The notes under the pieces were generated by a model. The model was not told where the DNA came from. It saw only the letters and a program-made list of their open reading frames with translations, and ran no database searches. The translations under genes and the position numbers were made by a program. A DNA stretch of 64,000 nucleotides. Source: Spirochaetia bacterium (lineage in GTDB: Bacteria; Spirochaetota; Spirochaetia; SZUA-6; Bin103). Of this stretch, positions 10,834 to 20,566 are shown one piece after another. The stretch's first letter is position 1, and each line of letters begins with the position of its first letter. The stretch spans positions 480,001 to 544,000 of the forward strand of contig CBDBOV010000004.1 in the NCBI GenBank assembly GCA_965208575.1, given 5' to 3'.

Positions 10834-11957
10834 CCTCGGAGGCCGCCGCGCCCGCATCGGTCGACAACGCCGCGGAAGAAGCCTACTTCACCGCTTCCAG
10901 TTGGGCCCTGATGCGGCGCAACCTGCTCAAGCACCGGCTGGCGATTCTCGGCGGCTCGGTGCTGGCCCTGCTGTACCTGACCGGCGCCATCGCGCCCGGA
11001 TTCTTCTCCGCGTACGATACCCTGCAGCGCAACAACGACTTCATTCTGGCGCCGCCGCAGCGGATCCGCGTACTGCACGAGGGCCGGCCCCACCGTCCGT
11101 TCGTCTACGGCCTCGAAACGACGCGCGATCCGGAGACCTTCCGCCGCATCTACGTCGCCGACAAGGAGGCGGTGTACCCGATCCGTTTCCTGGTGCGGGG
11201 CGCCGACTACAAGCTGTTCGGATTCGTCCCCACCAACATCCGCCTGCTGGGAGTGGCGGAACCCGGCGTATTGTTCCTGTTCGGCACCGACGAGCTGGGC
11301 CGCGACATGTATTCCCGCACGCTCCACGGTGCGCGCATATCGCTGACCATCGGCCTGGTGGGTGTCGCGATCAGCTTCATCCTCGGCTGCCTGCTGGGCG
11401 GCATTTCCGGCTACTTCGGCGGCGCGGCGGACATGTTCATCCAACGCGTAATCGAGTTCTTCAGTTCGATCCCGACGCTACCGCTGTGGATGGCGCTGGC
11501 GGCCGCCGTACCGACCGCGTGGCCGCCGATACGCATCTACTTCATGATCACCGTGATTCTCTCGATAGTCGGGTGGACCGGGTTGGCGCGCGTGGTGCGG
11601 GGCAAGATGCTGCAACTCCGGGAAGAGGACTACGTGCTGTCGGCAAAGATCTCCAACACCGGCGAAATGCGCATCATCGGCAAGCACCTGCTGCCGGGGT
11701 TCATGACCTACCTGATCGTCCACCTGACCCTGGCGGTACCGTCGATGATCCTGGGCGAGACCGCGCTGAGCTTCATCGGCATCGGGCTGCGGCCGCCGGC
11801 GGTGAGTTGGGGCGTGCTGCTGCAGCAGGCGCAGAACATCAGGTCCGTGGCGCTGAGCCCCTGGCTGCTGACTCCCGCCCTGTTCGTGGTGGCGACCGTG
11901 CTGTGCTTCAACTTCCTCGGCGACGGCCTGCGGGACGCGGCGGATCCGTACAAGTAG
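10830..11957 (+). CDS. ABC peptide/nickel permease (OppC/DppC-like)
   Basis: FGTDELGRD; GDGLRDAADPY. Confidence 0.92.
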   Translation: MTSEAAAPASVDNAAEEAYFTASSWALMRRNLLKHRLAILGGSVLALLYLTGAIAPGFFSAYDTLQRNNDFILAPPQRIRVLHEGRPHRPFVYGLETTRDPETFRRIYVADKEAVYPIRFLVRGADYKLFGFVPTNIRLLGVAEPGVLFLFGTDELGRDMYSRTLHGARISLTIGLVGVAISFILGCLLGGISGYFGGAADMFIQRVIEFFSSIPTLPLWMALAAAVPTAWPPIRIYFMITVILSIVGWTGLARVVRGKMLQLREEDYVLSAKISNTGEMRIIGKHLLPGFMTYLIVHLTLAVPSMILGETALSFIGIGLRPPAVSWGVLLQQAQNIRSVALSPWLLTPALFVVATVLCFNFLGDGLRDAADPYK

Positions 11958-11973
11958 CCTCCCCTGACCGCGA

Positions 11974-13179
11974 TCAGTCGGCGTACGGGTCTGCCGCATC
12001 ACGGAGCCCATCCCCCACGAAATTGAAGGCGAGAACCGTGGCGATCACGAACAGCCCGGGAATCATCAGCCACGGCGCCAACGCCAGCGTATGGACGTTC
12101 TGGGCCGCCTTCAACAGCACACCCCAGCTAATCGCAGGCGCCTGCATGCCCAGCCCGAGGAAGCTGAGCGACGTCTCGGCCAGAATCATGCCGGGGATGG
12201 TGAGGGTGAGCGCGGCGATGATATGGCTCAAGAACGACGGCACCATGTGAATGAAGATGATCGGCATATCACGCCGACCGGCGATCCGGGCGGCCACCAC
12301 GAAGTCGGATTCGCGCAGCGCCAGGAACTTGCCCCGCACCACGCGCGCCAGAGTGGTCCATCCGAGCAGCGAGAGGATGATGGTAATGGCCAGGTAGGTC
12401 TGTGCCACCGGCCAGCCGCGGGGCAACGCTGCGCTCAGACCCATCCACAGCGGCAAACTGGGAATCGAAATGAGGAGGTCGATGAGGCGGTTCACCACCT
12501 CGTCCACGGTACCGCCGAAGTAGCCGGCCACCCCGCCGATCAGGATGCCCAGGAAGAAGCTGATGGCCACTCCAACCAGCCCGATCGACAGTGAGATCTG
12601 CGCTCCGTGCAGGGTGCGCGCGAGCACGTCGCGGCCCAGAGCGTCGGCCCCGAACAGGTGCACCGGGACCCCCTCGACGCCGGTGCCGAACAGGTGGACC
12701 TGCATCGGGACCAGGCCGAACAGGCGGTAGTCGTATCCCTGGACGAAGAGACGGATCGGGTAGATCCGTGAACGGTCTGCCCGGTACACGGTCTTGTAGG
12801 TCTCGCGGTCCTTTTCCCCGATCAAGGCGTAGACGAAGGGTCCTCGCAGGCGCCCATCCGCGAACAGGCGCACCCGCTGCGGCGGTGCTTCACGGTAGGC
12901 GACGTTCCTCTGCGTGGGGTCGTGCGGGCTCAGGAAGGGGGCGAACAGCGCGGCAAGGTACATCACCACCAGCACCACCGACCCGATGATGGCCAGCCGG
13001 TGCCTGAGGAAGCGACGCCGCATGAGCTGCCACTGCGAGGCGAAGTCGTCCCTGTTTTCTGCTGCCTCGTCCCCGCCGCCCTCCGGGCGAGGCGATACGG
13101 CAGGGGGAAACGGGCGCCGGATGCGCAGTCTTACTTCACGACCCGCCTCGGCGCCTGCCGCGCCGCCGTTCGCGGCCAC
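11974..13179 (-). CDS. ABC permease (OppC-like)
   Basis: Probable GTG start at 13179 just after the upstream stop; FGADALGRD; GDGLRDAADPY. Confidence 0.88.
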   Translation of the reverse strand: MAANGGAAGAEAGREVRLRIRRPFPPAVSPRPEGGGDEAAENRDDFASQWQLMRRRFLRHRLAIIGSVVLVVMYLAALFAPFLSPHDPTQRNVAYREAPPQRVRLFADGRLRGPFVYALIGEKDRETYKTVYRADRSRIYPIRLFVQGYDYRLFGLVPMQVHLFGTGVEGVPVHLFGADALGRDVLARTLHGAQISLSIGLVGVAISFFLGILIGGVAGYFGGTVDEVVNRLIDLLISIPSLPLWMGLSAALPRGWPVAQTYLAITIILSLLGWTTLARVVRGKFLALRESDFVVAARIAGRRDMPIIFIHMVPSFLSHIIAALTLTIPGMILAETSLSFLGLGMQAPAISWGVLLKAAQNVHTLALAPWLMIPGLFVIATVLAFNFVGDGLRDAADPYAD

Positions 13180-13181
13180 CC

Positions 13182-14177
13182 TCAGGCCGCCTGCTTCGCG
13201 TATCGTATCCGCGGATCGAGCAGCACGAGGAGACAATCGGAAAGCAACGTGCCCACGACGGTGAGGATGCTCAGCAGCATGATGAAACTGCCGGCCAGGA
13301 ACATGTCCTGCGACAGCAGCGCGCCGACCAGGAACGGGCCGGTGGTGGGCAGGTTGAGCACGATGGCGGTGATGGTGGCCCCCGATATCAGCGTCGGCAG
13401 GGTCCAGCCCACGGTGCTGATGAACGGGTTGAGTGCCACGCGGACGGGGTACTTCATGATCAACGTGGTCTCGGTCAGCCCCTTGGCGCGCGCCGTGACG
13501 ACATACTGCTTGCGCAGCTCGTCGAGCAGATTGGCGCGCATGATTCGCACCAACCCGGCGGTGCCCGCCGTGCCGAGCACGACCGTCGGGATCCACAGGT
13601 GCGCGAGCAGGTCCACGACCTTGGCGAACGACCACGGCGCCTCCCGGTACTCGAGCGAGAACAGGCCGCCGATGTCGAGGCCGAGGTAACGAAACGACAC
13701 GTACATCAAGATGAGTGCGAGCAGGAAGTTGGGCGTGGCGAGTCCAATGTAGCTGAAGAACGTGGCGGTATGGTCACCCCATGAGTACTGCCGCACCGCG
13801 GAGTAGATGCCCACCGGAAACGCCACTATCCAGACGAACAGCAGCGACGAGACCGCGATGACGAAGGTCAGGGCAATTCGCTCTCCCACCAGCTCGTTTA
13901 CCGGTGCGTTCCATACGAACGACCTTCCCATGTCGCCCTGCACGAACCTGCTGATCCAGTGGACGTATTGCAGCACGGGCGGCTTGTCGAGTCCGTACTG
14001 CCGCCTGAGTTCATCGACCAGGTCGTCGGTGATTTCGACACCGCGCTGTTCGAGCGCAATAAGCGTGGCGGTCAACAGATCACCCGGGGGAAGCTGGATG
14101 ATGATGAAAGAAACGACAGAGATGAGCCACAACACGATCAACATGTTGATGACTCTTCTGGTCAGCCAACGAATCAT
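13182..14177 (-). CDS. ABC permease (OppB-like)
   Basis: YVVTARAKGL; LDPRIRY. Confidence 0.92.
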   Translation of the reverse strand: MIRWLTRRVINMLIVLWLISVVSFIIIQLPPGDLLTATLIALEQRGVEITDDLVDELRRQYGLDKPPVLQYVHWISRFVQGDMGRSFVWNAPVNELVGERIALTFVIAVSSLLFVWIVAFPVGIYSAVRQYSWGDHTATFFSYIGLATPNFLLALILMYVSFRYLGLDIGGLFSLEYREAPWSFAKVVDLLAHLWIPTVVLGTAGTAGLVRIMRANLLDELRKQYVVTARAKGLTETTLIMKYPVRVALNPFISTVGWTLPTLISGATITAIVLNLPTTGPFLVGALLSQDMFLAGSFIMLLSILTVVGTLLSDCLLVLLDPRIRYAKQAA

Positions 14178-14272
14178 GGCAGTCCCTGCTCAGGAACGAA
14201 ACGAGCCGCACCTCCGAACGAAAGTGCGGCTGCTGCTGACCAGTGCCAAGCGGCGCTGGACGACAGGATAGG

Positions 14273-16333
14273 CTATTCGCGGATGAACCACTGAGCCGGT
14301 GTCGTGTTTACCCAGAGAACGGTTTCCCACGCGAACGGCAGCGTCTCGGGCACATTGTGAATTCTGTTGTTGATCAGGATCGGACGCAGCGCATATCCGA
14401 CCGTGCCGATCACCGGAATGAGCTCCGCCTGCATCGCCCAGTACTCCCTGCCGAACCGGTTGAACTCGGCATCGCTCTGGGCACTGACCCATGCGTTCTT
14501 CGTCTCGACGAATTTCTTCCACTTCTCCGGTGGTTCTTGCCCGCGTGCCGGCTCGTCGCCTTTGCGGCCGGCGTCAACCCAGTACTGGTAGCTCGTCCAG
14601 TCCCGCCAATTCAGCGCGTAGCCGGTTGCACCGGTCGTGAAGTTGCCGGGGACGGAGACCCGCGTCGGCATGTAGCCCTCGGCAACACCGACATGGACAT
14701 CGAGCTGGTTGGCATCGCGCAACTCGCGGTTGAGGTCCGAGGAGATTTGCCGGTAATCGGTCCTGATACCGACTTCCTGCCAATACTCGGCGACCAGCTC
14801 GGTGGTGCTGAAGCCCATGGTTCCCATGACCGATGAAGTATTGATGTTCAACTCGATCAGGAACGGCTCACCGCCGGGGCCTTCGCGGAAACCGTCGCCA
14901 TCGACATCGCGCAGATCCAACTCATCGAGGAGCCGCATCGCGCGCTCGGGATCGTAATCCGCATAGGCTCTGGCCCAGGAGGGATCATAGAACTCCGCTG
15001 CCGAAGTCACGGTGAACTGCTGCGGCGTGGCCAGGCCCTGGAACGCGAACTCATTGATCTCTTCTCGATTGATGGCCAGCGACATGGCGTGCCGGAAACG
15101 ATCGTCCTGGAAAATCGCGGCCTTGACCGGGTCTTCGATGTTGAGGTTGAACCCGTAGACCACGCGGCCCGTCTTCGTATCCTGCCACTCCCGGATGCTG
15201 TAATCGCCAATCCCCTCGTTCTCCTTGTACAGCGGAAAGTCAGCGGGATTCATCAAGCGACCGCCGATATCGATCGAGCCCTGCATCATGTTGAGGATGG
15301 CCACCTCGGAATCCGCGAAGAACTCGGCGTACAGGCTGTCGATGTAGGGAAGCTGGTTGCCTTCCGTGTCGACCGCCCAATAGTAGGGATTGCGCACGTG
15401 CTGAATGCCGGACGAGTCCCGGCTTTCGATGATCCAGGTGGTCATCTCCGGCTGCACGTAGCTCTGGCTGGGCTGGGTATCGATCGCCGCAAGGAACAGC
15501 GCAGGCCAAGATTCATGGCCCTCCTCCTTGGCCAGCTTCTCCACCTCCGGGTTGAATGCCTTGTGGTAATCTTGCGCCCAGTGCGCGGCGGTGAACAGGA
15601 AGGATTGCCGGGTTCTGAACCAATTCAGATGAGACTTCCACAGGGCTGGCGACACCGGCACCGGAAACGTGATGCGCACGGTATGGTCGTCTATCTTGTT
15701 GAACTTTGAAAGTTCTCCCTCGAATGTCCATCCGCGTGTCACCCAATAATTCACATCGGGGTCTGCCATGACATAGGTGTACATGAACATGATGTCGTCG
15801 GCAGTGAACGGCATGCCGTCGGACCACTTCGCACCCTCGCGCAGATAGATGGTCAGCGTTCGGTTGTCGCTCGAAGCCTCGTATCCCTTGGCCAGCGAAG
15901 GAATGATTTCCGCGCTGCTTGGATCGGCTCGGAACAGAAACACGTGCTTGCCGCGGAGCATGTCACCGTAGTCCCTCGGTCCCTTGCGGGCCACCCGCAG
16001 CTCGCCGCCGTACTCACCGATCTCGCTGTACGGACCGATCACCAGGGGATCGTCCGGAAGCCGCTCCTCTACCGGTGGCAGCTCTCCTTGGGCCACCATC
16101 GCCGCCAACATCGGAGCCTCGCTGAACTCGGTGATGCCGAGCTCGGAAGCAGTCGGGGCCTGCAGCCAGTTGGCAGGCCAGGTGAAACGGCCTCCCACCA
16201 GGACGATATCGGTATCGGCGGTCATCGCCGCCGCCTCTTCGGTGGCGCTCTCCTGCTCGGAACCTGCCGCTACAATTGTTGCACCTGCAACGAAAAAGAG
16301 AACCACCAGACACACAACCAACGATTTTTTCAT
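14273..16333 (-). CDS. ABC transporter substrate-binding protein, family 5
   Basis: Signal peptide; EAPMLAAMVAQGELPPVEERLP; KWSDGMPFTADD; RNPYYWAVD. Confidence 0.92.
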   Translation of the reverse strand: MKKSLVVCLVVLFFVAGATIVAAGSEQESATEEAAAMTADTDIVLVGGRFTWPANWLQAPTASELGITEFSEAPMLAAMVAQGELPPVEERLPDDPLVIGPYSEIGEYGGELRVARKGPRDYGDMLRGKHVFLFRADPSSAEIIPSLAKGYEASSDNRTLTIYLREGAKWSDGMPFTADDIMFMYTYVMADPDVNYWVTRGWTFEGELSKFNKIDDHTVRITFPVPVSPALWKSHLNWFRTRQSFLFTAAHWAQDYHKAFNPEVEKLAKEEGHESWPALFLAAIDTQPSQSYVQPEMTTWIIESRDSSGIQHVRNPYYWAVDTEGNQLPYIDSLYAEFFADSEVAILNMMQGSIDIGGRLMNPADFPLYKENEGIGDYSIREWQDTKTGRVVYGFNLNIEDPVKAAIFQDDRFRHAMSLAINREEINEFAFQGLATPQQFTVTSAAEFYDPSWARAYADYDPERAMRLLDELDLRDVDGDGFREGPGGEPFLIELNINTSSVMGTMGFSTTELVAEYWQEVGIRTDYRQISSDLNRELRDANQLDVHVGVAEGYMPTRVSVPGNFTTGATGYALNWRDWTSYQYWVDAGRKGDEPARGQEPPEKWKKFVETKNAWVSAQSDAEFNRFGREYWAMQAELIPVIGTVGYALRPILINNRIHNVPETLPFAWETVLWVNTTPAQWFIRE

Positions 16334-16462
16334 GGGACACCCTCCCCCTGTGAAATTCCTGCTCCGACCGATTCACACGGCAGACGTCTATCGCAATCCA
16401 CCCAGTATCCTCCCCTCCCCCCGGCATGTCAAACTGTCGTCCGATCTGCCATACTGAGGTCC

Positions 16463-18055
16463 ATGCGGTTCTTCAACACCGAGGGACCGGTCGTCGCTCA
16501 GCGGCACTACTGCATCCCGCCGCTGGAGCGGTTCGATCTCGACGAGGTCCTGGCGCTGATCGGGCGCATGCGCTACTTCGTGCTGCACGCGCCGCGGCAG
16601 ACCGGCAAGACCTCGGCCCTGCTCGCCTTGCGTGATCTGCTCAACAGCGGCGCCGCGGGCGACTACCGCTGCGTGTACGTGAACGTCGAGGCGGCCCAGG
16701 CGGTGCGCGAAGACGTGGGCCGCGCGATGCGCGTGATCGTGGGCGGGCTGGCCTCGCGGGCGCGGCTGCTGGGCGACGGATTCCTGTACGATACCTGGTC
16801 CGACATCGTGGCCCACTTCGGCGACGGCGCCCTCGTGGAGGCCTTGACCCGCTGGTGCGAAGCCGATTCGAAACCGCTGGTGCTGCTGATCGACGAGATC
16901 GACACCCTGATCGGCGACACCCTGATATCGGTGCTGCGCCAGTTGCGCTCGGGCTACGACCAGCGTCCCGAGAGCTTCCCGCATAGCGTGGTGCTGTGCG
17001 GCGTGCGCGACGTGCGCGACTACCGCATCCGTTCCAGCGCGGAGCAGGTCACGATCACGGGCGGCAGCGCCTTCAACATCAAGGCGGGCTCATTGCGCTT
17101 GGGAGAGTTCTCGGAGGCCGAGGTGCGCGCGTTGCTGGCGCAGCATACCGCGGAAACCGGACAGCCGTTCACGGCCGACGCGTTGTATACGGTGTGGCGG
17201 CAGACCCAGGGCCAGCCGTGGCTGGTGAACGCCCTGTGCCAGGAAGTCTGTGACCGCACCGCGACCGGCAGCGGCGAGAGCCCCGCGATCACCGGCGACG
17301 CCATCCTCGACGCGCAGGAGCAGCTCATCCTGAACCGGGTGACGCATCTCGATCAGCTCACCGACAAGCTCCAGGAGGCGCGCGTGCGGCGCGTGATCGA
17401 GCCGCTGCTGAGTGGCGCCAGCGTGGACGAGTCGTCGACCCGCGACCTGGAGTACGTGCGCGACCTCGGCCTCGTTGCCCGTGAGGCGCCGCCGCGCATG
17501 GCCAACCCGATCTACGCCGAGGTGGTGCCCCGAGAGCTCACCTATGCCGTCCAGGAGAAGCTGCTGCAGGATCCGGTGTGGTACGTGGACGCAGACGGCG
17601 GCCTCGACCTGGACAAGCTGCTGGCCGACTTCCAGGGCTTCTTCCGCGAGCACTCCGAGCACTGGGTGGCGCGTTTCGACTACGCCGAGGCGGGGCCGCA
17701 GCTCCTGCTGCAGTCGTTCCTGCAACGAATCGTGAACAGCGGCGGGCGCATCGAGCGCGAGTACGGCCTGGGGCGTGGACGCACCGACCTGCTGATCATC
17801 TGGCCGCGACCAGGCGACGCGGGGCCGCACGCCGCGAGCAGATTCGTGATCGAGTGCAAGGTGCTGCACGGGAGCCTGGAGCGCACGATACGCGAGGGGC
17901 TGCTGCAGACCGCCGAATACATGGACCGGTGCGCGGCGCAGGCGGGCCACCTGGTCATCTTCGACCGTGGCGCCGGCAAACGGTGGGAGGACAAGATCTT
18001 CCGCCGCGACGAACGCACCGAGGACGGGCACCGGATCACGGTTTGGGGGATGTGA
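16463..18055 (+). CDS. P-loop ATPase (AAA-like) with C-terminal PD-(D/E)XK-like domain
   Basis: Starts MRFFNTEGP; Walker A APRQTGKT; Walker B LLIDEID; C-terminal REYGLGRGRTDL...VIECK. Confidence 0.85.
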   Translation: MRFFNTEGPVVAQRHYCIPPLERFDLDEVLALIGRMRYFVLHAPRQTGKTSALLALRDLLNSGAAGDYRCVYVNVEAAQAVREDVGRAMRVIVGGLASRARLLGDGFLYDTWSDIVAHFGDGALVEALTRWCEADSKPLVLLIDEIDTLIGDTLISVLRQLRSGYDQRPESFPHSVVLCGVRDVRDYRIRSSAEQVTITGGSAFNIKAGSLRLGEFSEAEVRALLAQHTAETGQPFTADALYTVWRQTQGQPWLVNALCQEVCDRTATGSGESPAITGDAILDAQEQLILNRVTHLDQLTDKLQEARVRRVIEPLLSGASVDESSTRDLEYVRDLGLVAREAPPRMANPIYAEVVPRELTYAVQEKLLQDPVWYVDADGGLDLDKLLADFQGFFREHSEHWVARFDYAEAGPQLLLQSFLQRIVNSGGRIEREYGLGRGRTDLLIIWPRPGDAGPHAASRFVIECKVLHGSLERTIREGLLQTAEYMDRCAAQAGHLVIFDRGAGKRWEDKIFRRDERTEDGHRITVWGM

Positions 18056-18189
18056 GCGGCCTCGCGCTTCCCGAGACGACCGAGGAGCTCTACCAGGTGC
18101 TCAAGGCGCTCAAGGACCAGGATCCCCGCGACACGGAGGCCACCGCTCATCCGGCGTGGCCCCGGGCGCGGAGCCGCACGCGGGCTCCC

Positions 18190-19110
18190 TTAAACGGACG
18201 TGGCGCCGTCGGCACCCAGACGCCCCCCACCACCCCTGAGCCGCGGGTCGAGCAGGTCCCTGAGGGCGTCGCCAAACATGTTGAAACTGTAAACGGTAAT
18301 AGTCAGGGCAAGACCGGGCCAGATAGCCAGCCACGGCGCCGCCTCCATGTACTTGCGCCCTTCCCGGCTGAGGAGACCTCCCCAGCTAGGAATGTTGACT
18401 GGCAGACCGAATCCCAGGAAGCTCAGAGAGGCCTCGGCAATAATCACCCCCCCGACGCTGATGCTGAATATGATGATCATGACAGGCATAATATTGGGCA
18501 GGACATGCCGCATCAGTGTTGCGGTGCCGCGGCTGCCGATTGCCGGGGCCGCCAGAAAATAGTCATTCTCCTTAATGCCGATCACGGCGCCCCTGACTAC
18601 TCTTGAGGTGCCGATGCCTCCTGATATCCCCAGGACCACGATTATCTGCGGGATACCCCGCCCCACTATCGACATTATGGTCAGCAACAGGATCAGTCCC
18701 GGGAAGGCTATCCAAGCATCAACAAACCTCTGCACTATGATGTCATACTTACCGCCCAAGTATCCCGAAGGGACGCCTATTATTGCGGCGACCACAACAT
18801 TAACAGTGGTCGCTGAAAGACCGACGACTAACGAAAGACGAGCCCCGACGATGATGCGGCTCAATAAGTCTCGCCCCAAATGGTCGGTACCCAGCAGATA
18901 CTGGGCTGATGAGGCCTGCAGCCTGTCTATCGTGTGCACTTCATAATATGGATAAGGAGCCACAGCATCGGCAAAGATACTGACAAGAATCAATATCAAT
19001 ATGATAATCCCGCTGGCAGTACCCAGCCGCTTCTCCCTGACCATCCTGATAGATAAATCAGCCAGCATGGAACGTCTCTTTGGCTCGATTACCGGTGTGT
19101 CATCACTCAT
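18190..19110 (-). CDS. ABC permease (OppC-like), cassette 1
   Basis: LGTDHLGRD; GDALRDLLDPRLRG. Confidence 0.92.
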   Translation of the reverse strand: MSDDTPVIEPKRRSMLADLSIRMVREKRLGTASGIIILILILVSIFADAVAPYPYYEVHTIDRLQASSAQYLLGTDHLGRDLLSRIIVGARLSLVVGLSATTVNVVVAAIIGVPSGYLGGKYDIIVQRFVDAWIAFPGLILLLTIMSIVGRGIPQIIVVLGISGGIGTSRVVRGAVIGIKENDYFLAAPAIGSRGTATLMRHVLPNIMPVMIIIFSISVGGVIIAEASLSFLGFGLPVNIPSWGGLLSREGRKYMEAAPWLAIWPGLALTITVYSFNMFGDALRDLLDPRLRGGGGRLGADGATSV

Positions 19111-19128
19111 AGTGTCGAATTGTCCCTT

Positions 19129-20136
19129 CTATTTATATCGGATCCTGGGGTCTAAATAGGGATAAATCATGTCGACAAGTAGAAAGTTAAGCATAACGAA
19201 TGCAGATATAAACAGGTTTAGTCCTTGGATCCTCGGATAGTCTCTACTATTGAGGGCGGTCAGAAATAACCTACCTACCCCCGGCAGGTTGAATATATTC
19301 TCCATGATAACGGAGCCGCCTACCAGGATAGGCAACTGCATGCCTATCAACGTAACCACCGGGATGAGAGCATTCTTGACGGCGTGCCTCATAATAACCA
19401 CCCTCTCATGGAGACCCTTGGACCAGGCGGTCCTGACGTAGTCTTGCCTGAGCACCTCCAGCATCATGGTGCGTGTCATCCGCATGGTGCCGGCAGACAT
19501 GGCTGTCCCCAGAATCAGGCTGGGAATGAGGAACATCCCCAGGTTCCCCAGCGGGTCTTCCGTGAAGGGAATCAGCTTCAGCGGTGGCGACCATCCCCAC
19601 CAGATTGCCGGGAAGATCATGACCATCAGGGCCAGCCAGAAGTTAGGCATTGCCATGCCGATGACGGCCGCGGTGCGCCCCACGTAGTCGGCGGCCGTAT
19701 CCTGGCGAATCGCCGAGTAGATGCCCACCGGCAGGGCTATGACGAGCCCGATTACGATTGCCAGGAAACCAAGCTCAAAGGTTACTGGTAGTCTATCTAT
19801 TATATCCTTCTCTATCGAAACAACGCCGCCAAACAGTGATTCGCCAAAGGTGCCCTGGAGGAGACCGTTGTAGTGGGACTCACCGGTAACCCAGTCAGGG
19901 GTAGGCAACACTCCTATCCAGCGTCCGTACTGTACGTGCACAGGCACGTCTAATCCCAGCATACGCTCAAGAGCTTCACGGTCAATCTCGCCATGCCCGC
20001 CGTACTGCGTTGTTCTAGCCACCATTTCGTCTACTATATCGCCGGGGAGAAAGCGGACCGAGAGAAAGACCAGCATGGTAAGGATAAACAGGGTGGGAAT
20101 TATCAGCAATAACCGCCTGATGAGATAGGATCTCAT
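19129..20136 (-). CDS. ABC permease (OppB-like), cassette 1
   Basis: MRSYLIRRLLLIIPTL; QDYVRTAWSKGL. Confidence 0.92.
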   Translation of the reverse strand: MRSYLIRRLLLIIPTLFILTMLVFLSVRFLPGDIVDEMVARTTQYGGHGEIDREALERMLGLDVPVHVQYGRWIGVLPTPDWVTGESHYNGLLQGTFGESLFGGVVSIEKDIIDRLPVTFELGFLAIVIGLVIALPVGIYSAIRQDTAADYVGRTAAVIGMAMPNFWLALMVMIFPAIWWGWSPPLKLIPFTEDPLGNLGMFLIPSLILGTAMSAGTMRMTRTMMLEVLRQDYVRTAWSKGLHERVVIMRHAVKNALIPVVTLIGMQLPILVGGSVIMENIFNLPGVGRLFLTALNSRDYPRIQGLNLFISAFVMLNFLLVDMIYPYLDPRIRYK

Positions 20137-20274
20137 GTGACACACCTCATTGCGATTTCCCCCGCCATTTCTTTCGTCATTGCCAACCCTCTTTTGTCAT
20201 TGCGAGCCCCGATTCTATTGTCCCGACTCGGAAGTTCGTTGCATAAATCGCATCGTGTTCTGGAGGGGACCTGT

Positions 20275-20338
20275 GGTTCGACAGGCTCACCACGAACGGG
20301 AAATCCAGCACTCCGTTCGCCCTGAGCCCGTCGAACGG
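20275..20338. repeat. REP-like palindromic doublet (TTCGACAGGCTCA... family)
   Basis: 20275-20300 and 20313-20338; same family flanks the GIY-YIG gene at 41931 and 42263. Confidence 0.7.
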
Positions 20339-20498
20339 CCGCCGAAGGCTTTCTGTTTGTTAAGCGCACTTCTGAGACCGTAGACTATCGGGGCTTCCTC
20401 AAGTTCCTTCCCTGCCTCTTCACTTGGGTTAAAGCTTCGGTTCAGGACAAGCCTCCTAATGACAGTAATAAAGGCCTCCTCTCATTATTCAATGAGTG

Positions 20499-20540
20499 AG
20501 GGAGCTGAGAAGCCTGAACCTCCCAGCTCCCTTTTTCCCT
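20499..20540 (-). terminator. Conserved stem-loop after the SBP stop (stabiliser or terminator)
   Basis: AGGGAGCTG...CAGCTCCCT; homologs at about 27009-27045, 42634-42668 and 63280-63314. Confidence 0.6.
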
Positions 20541-20566
20541 GAGCTAAGCCACAAGGGCTGTAACCC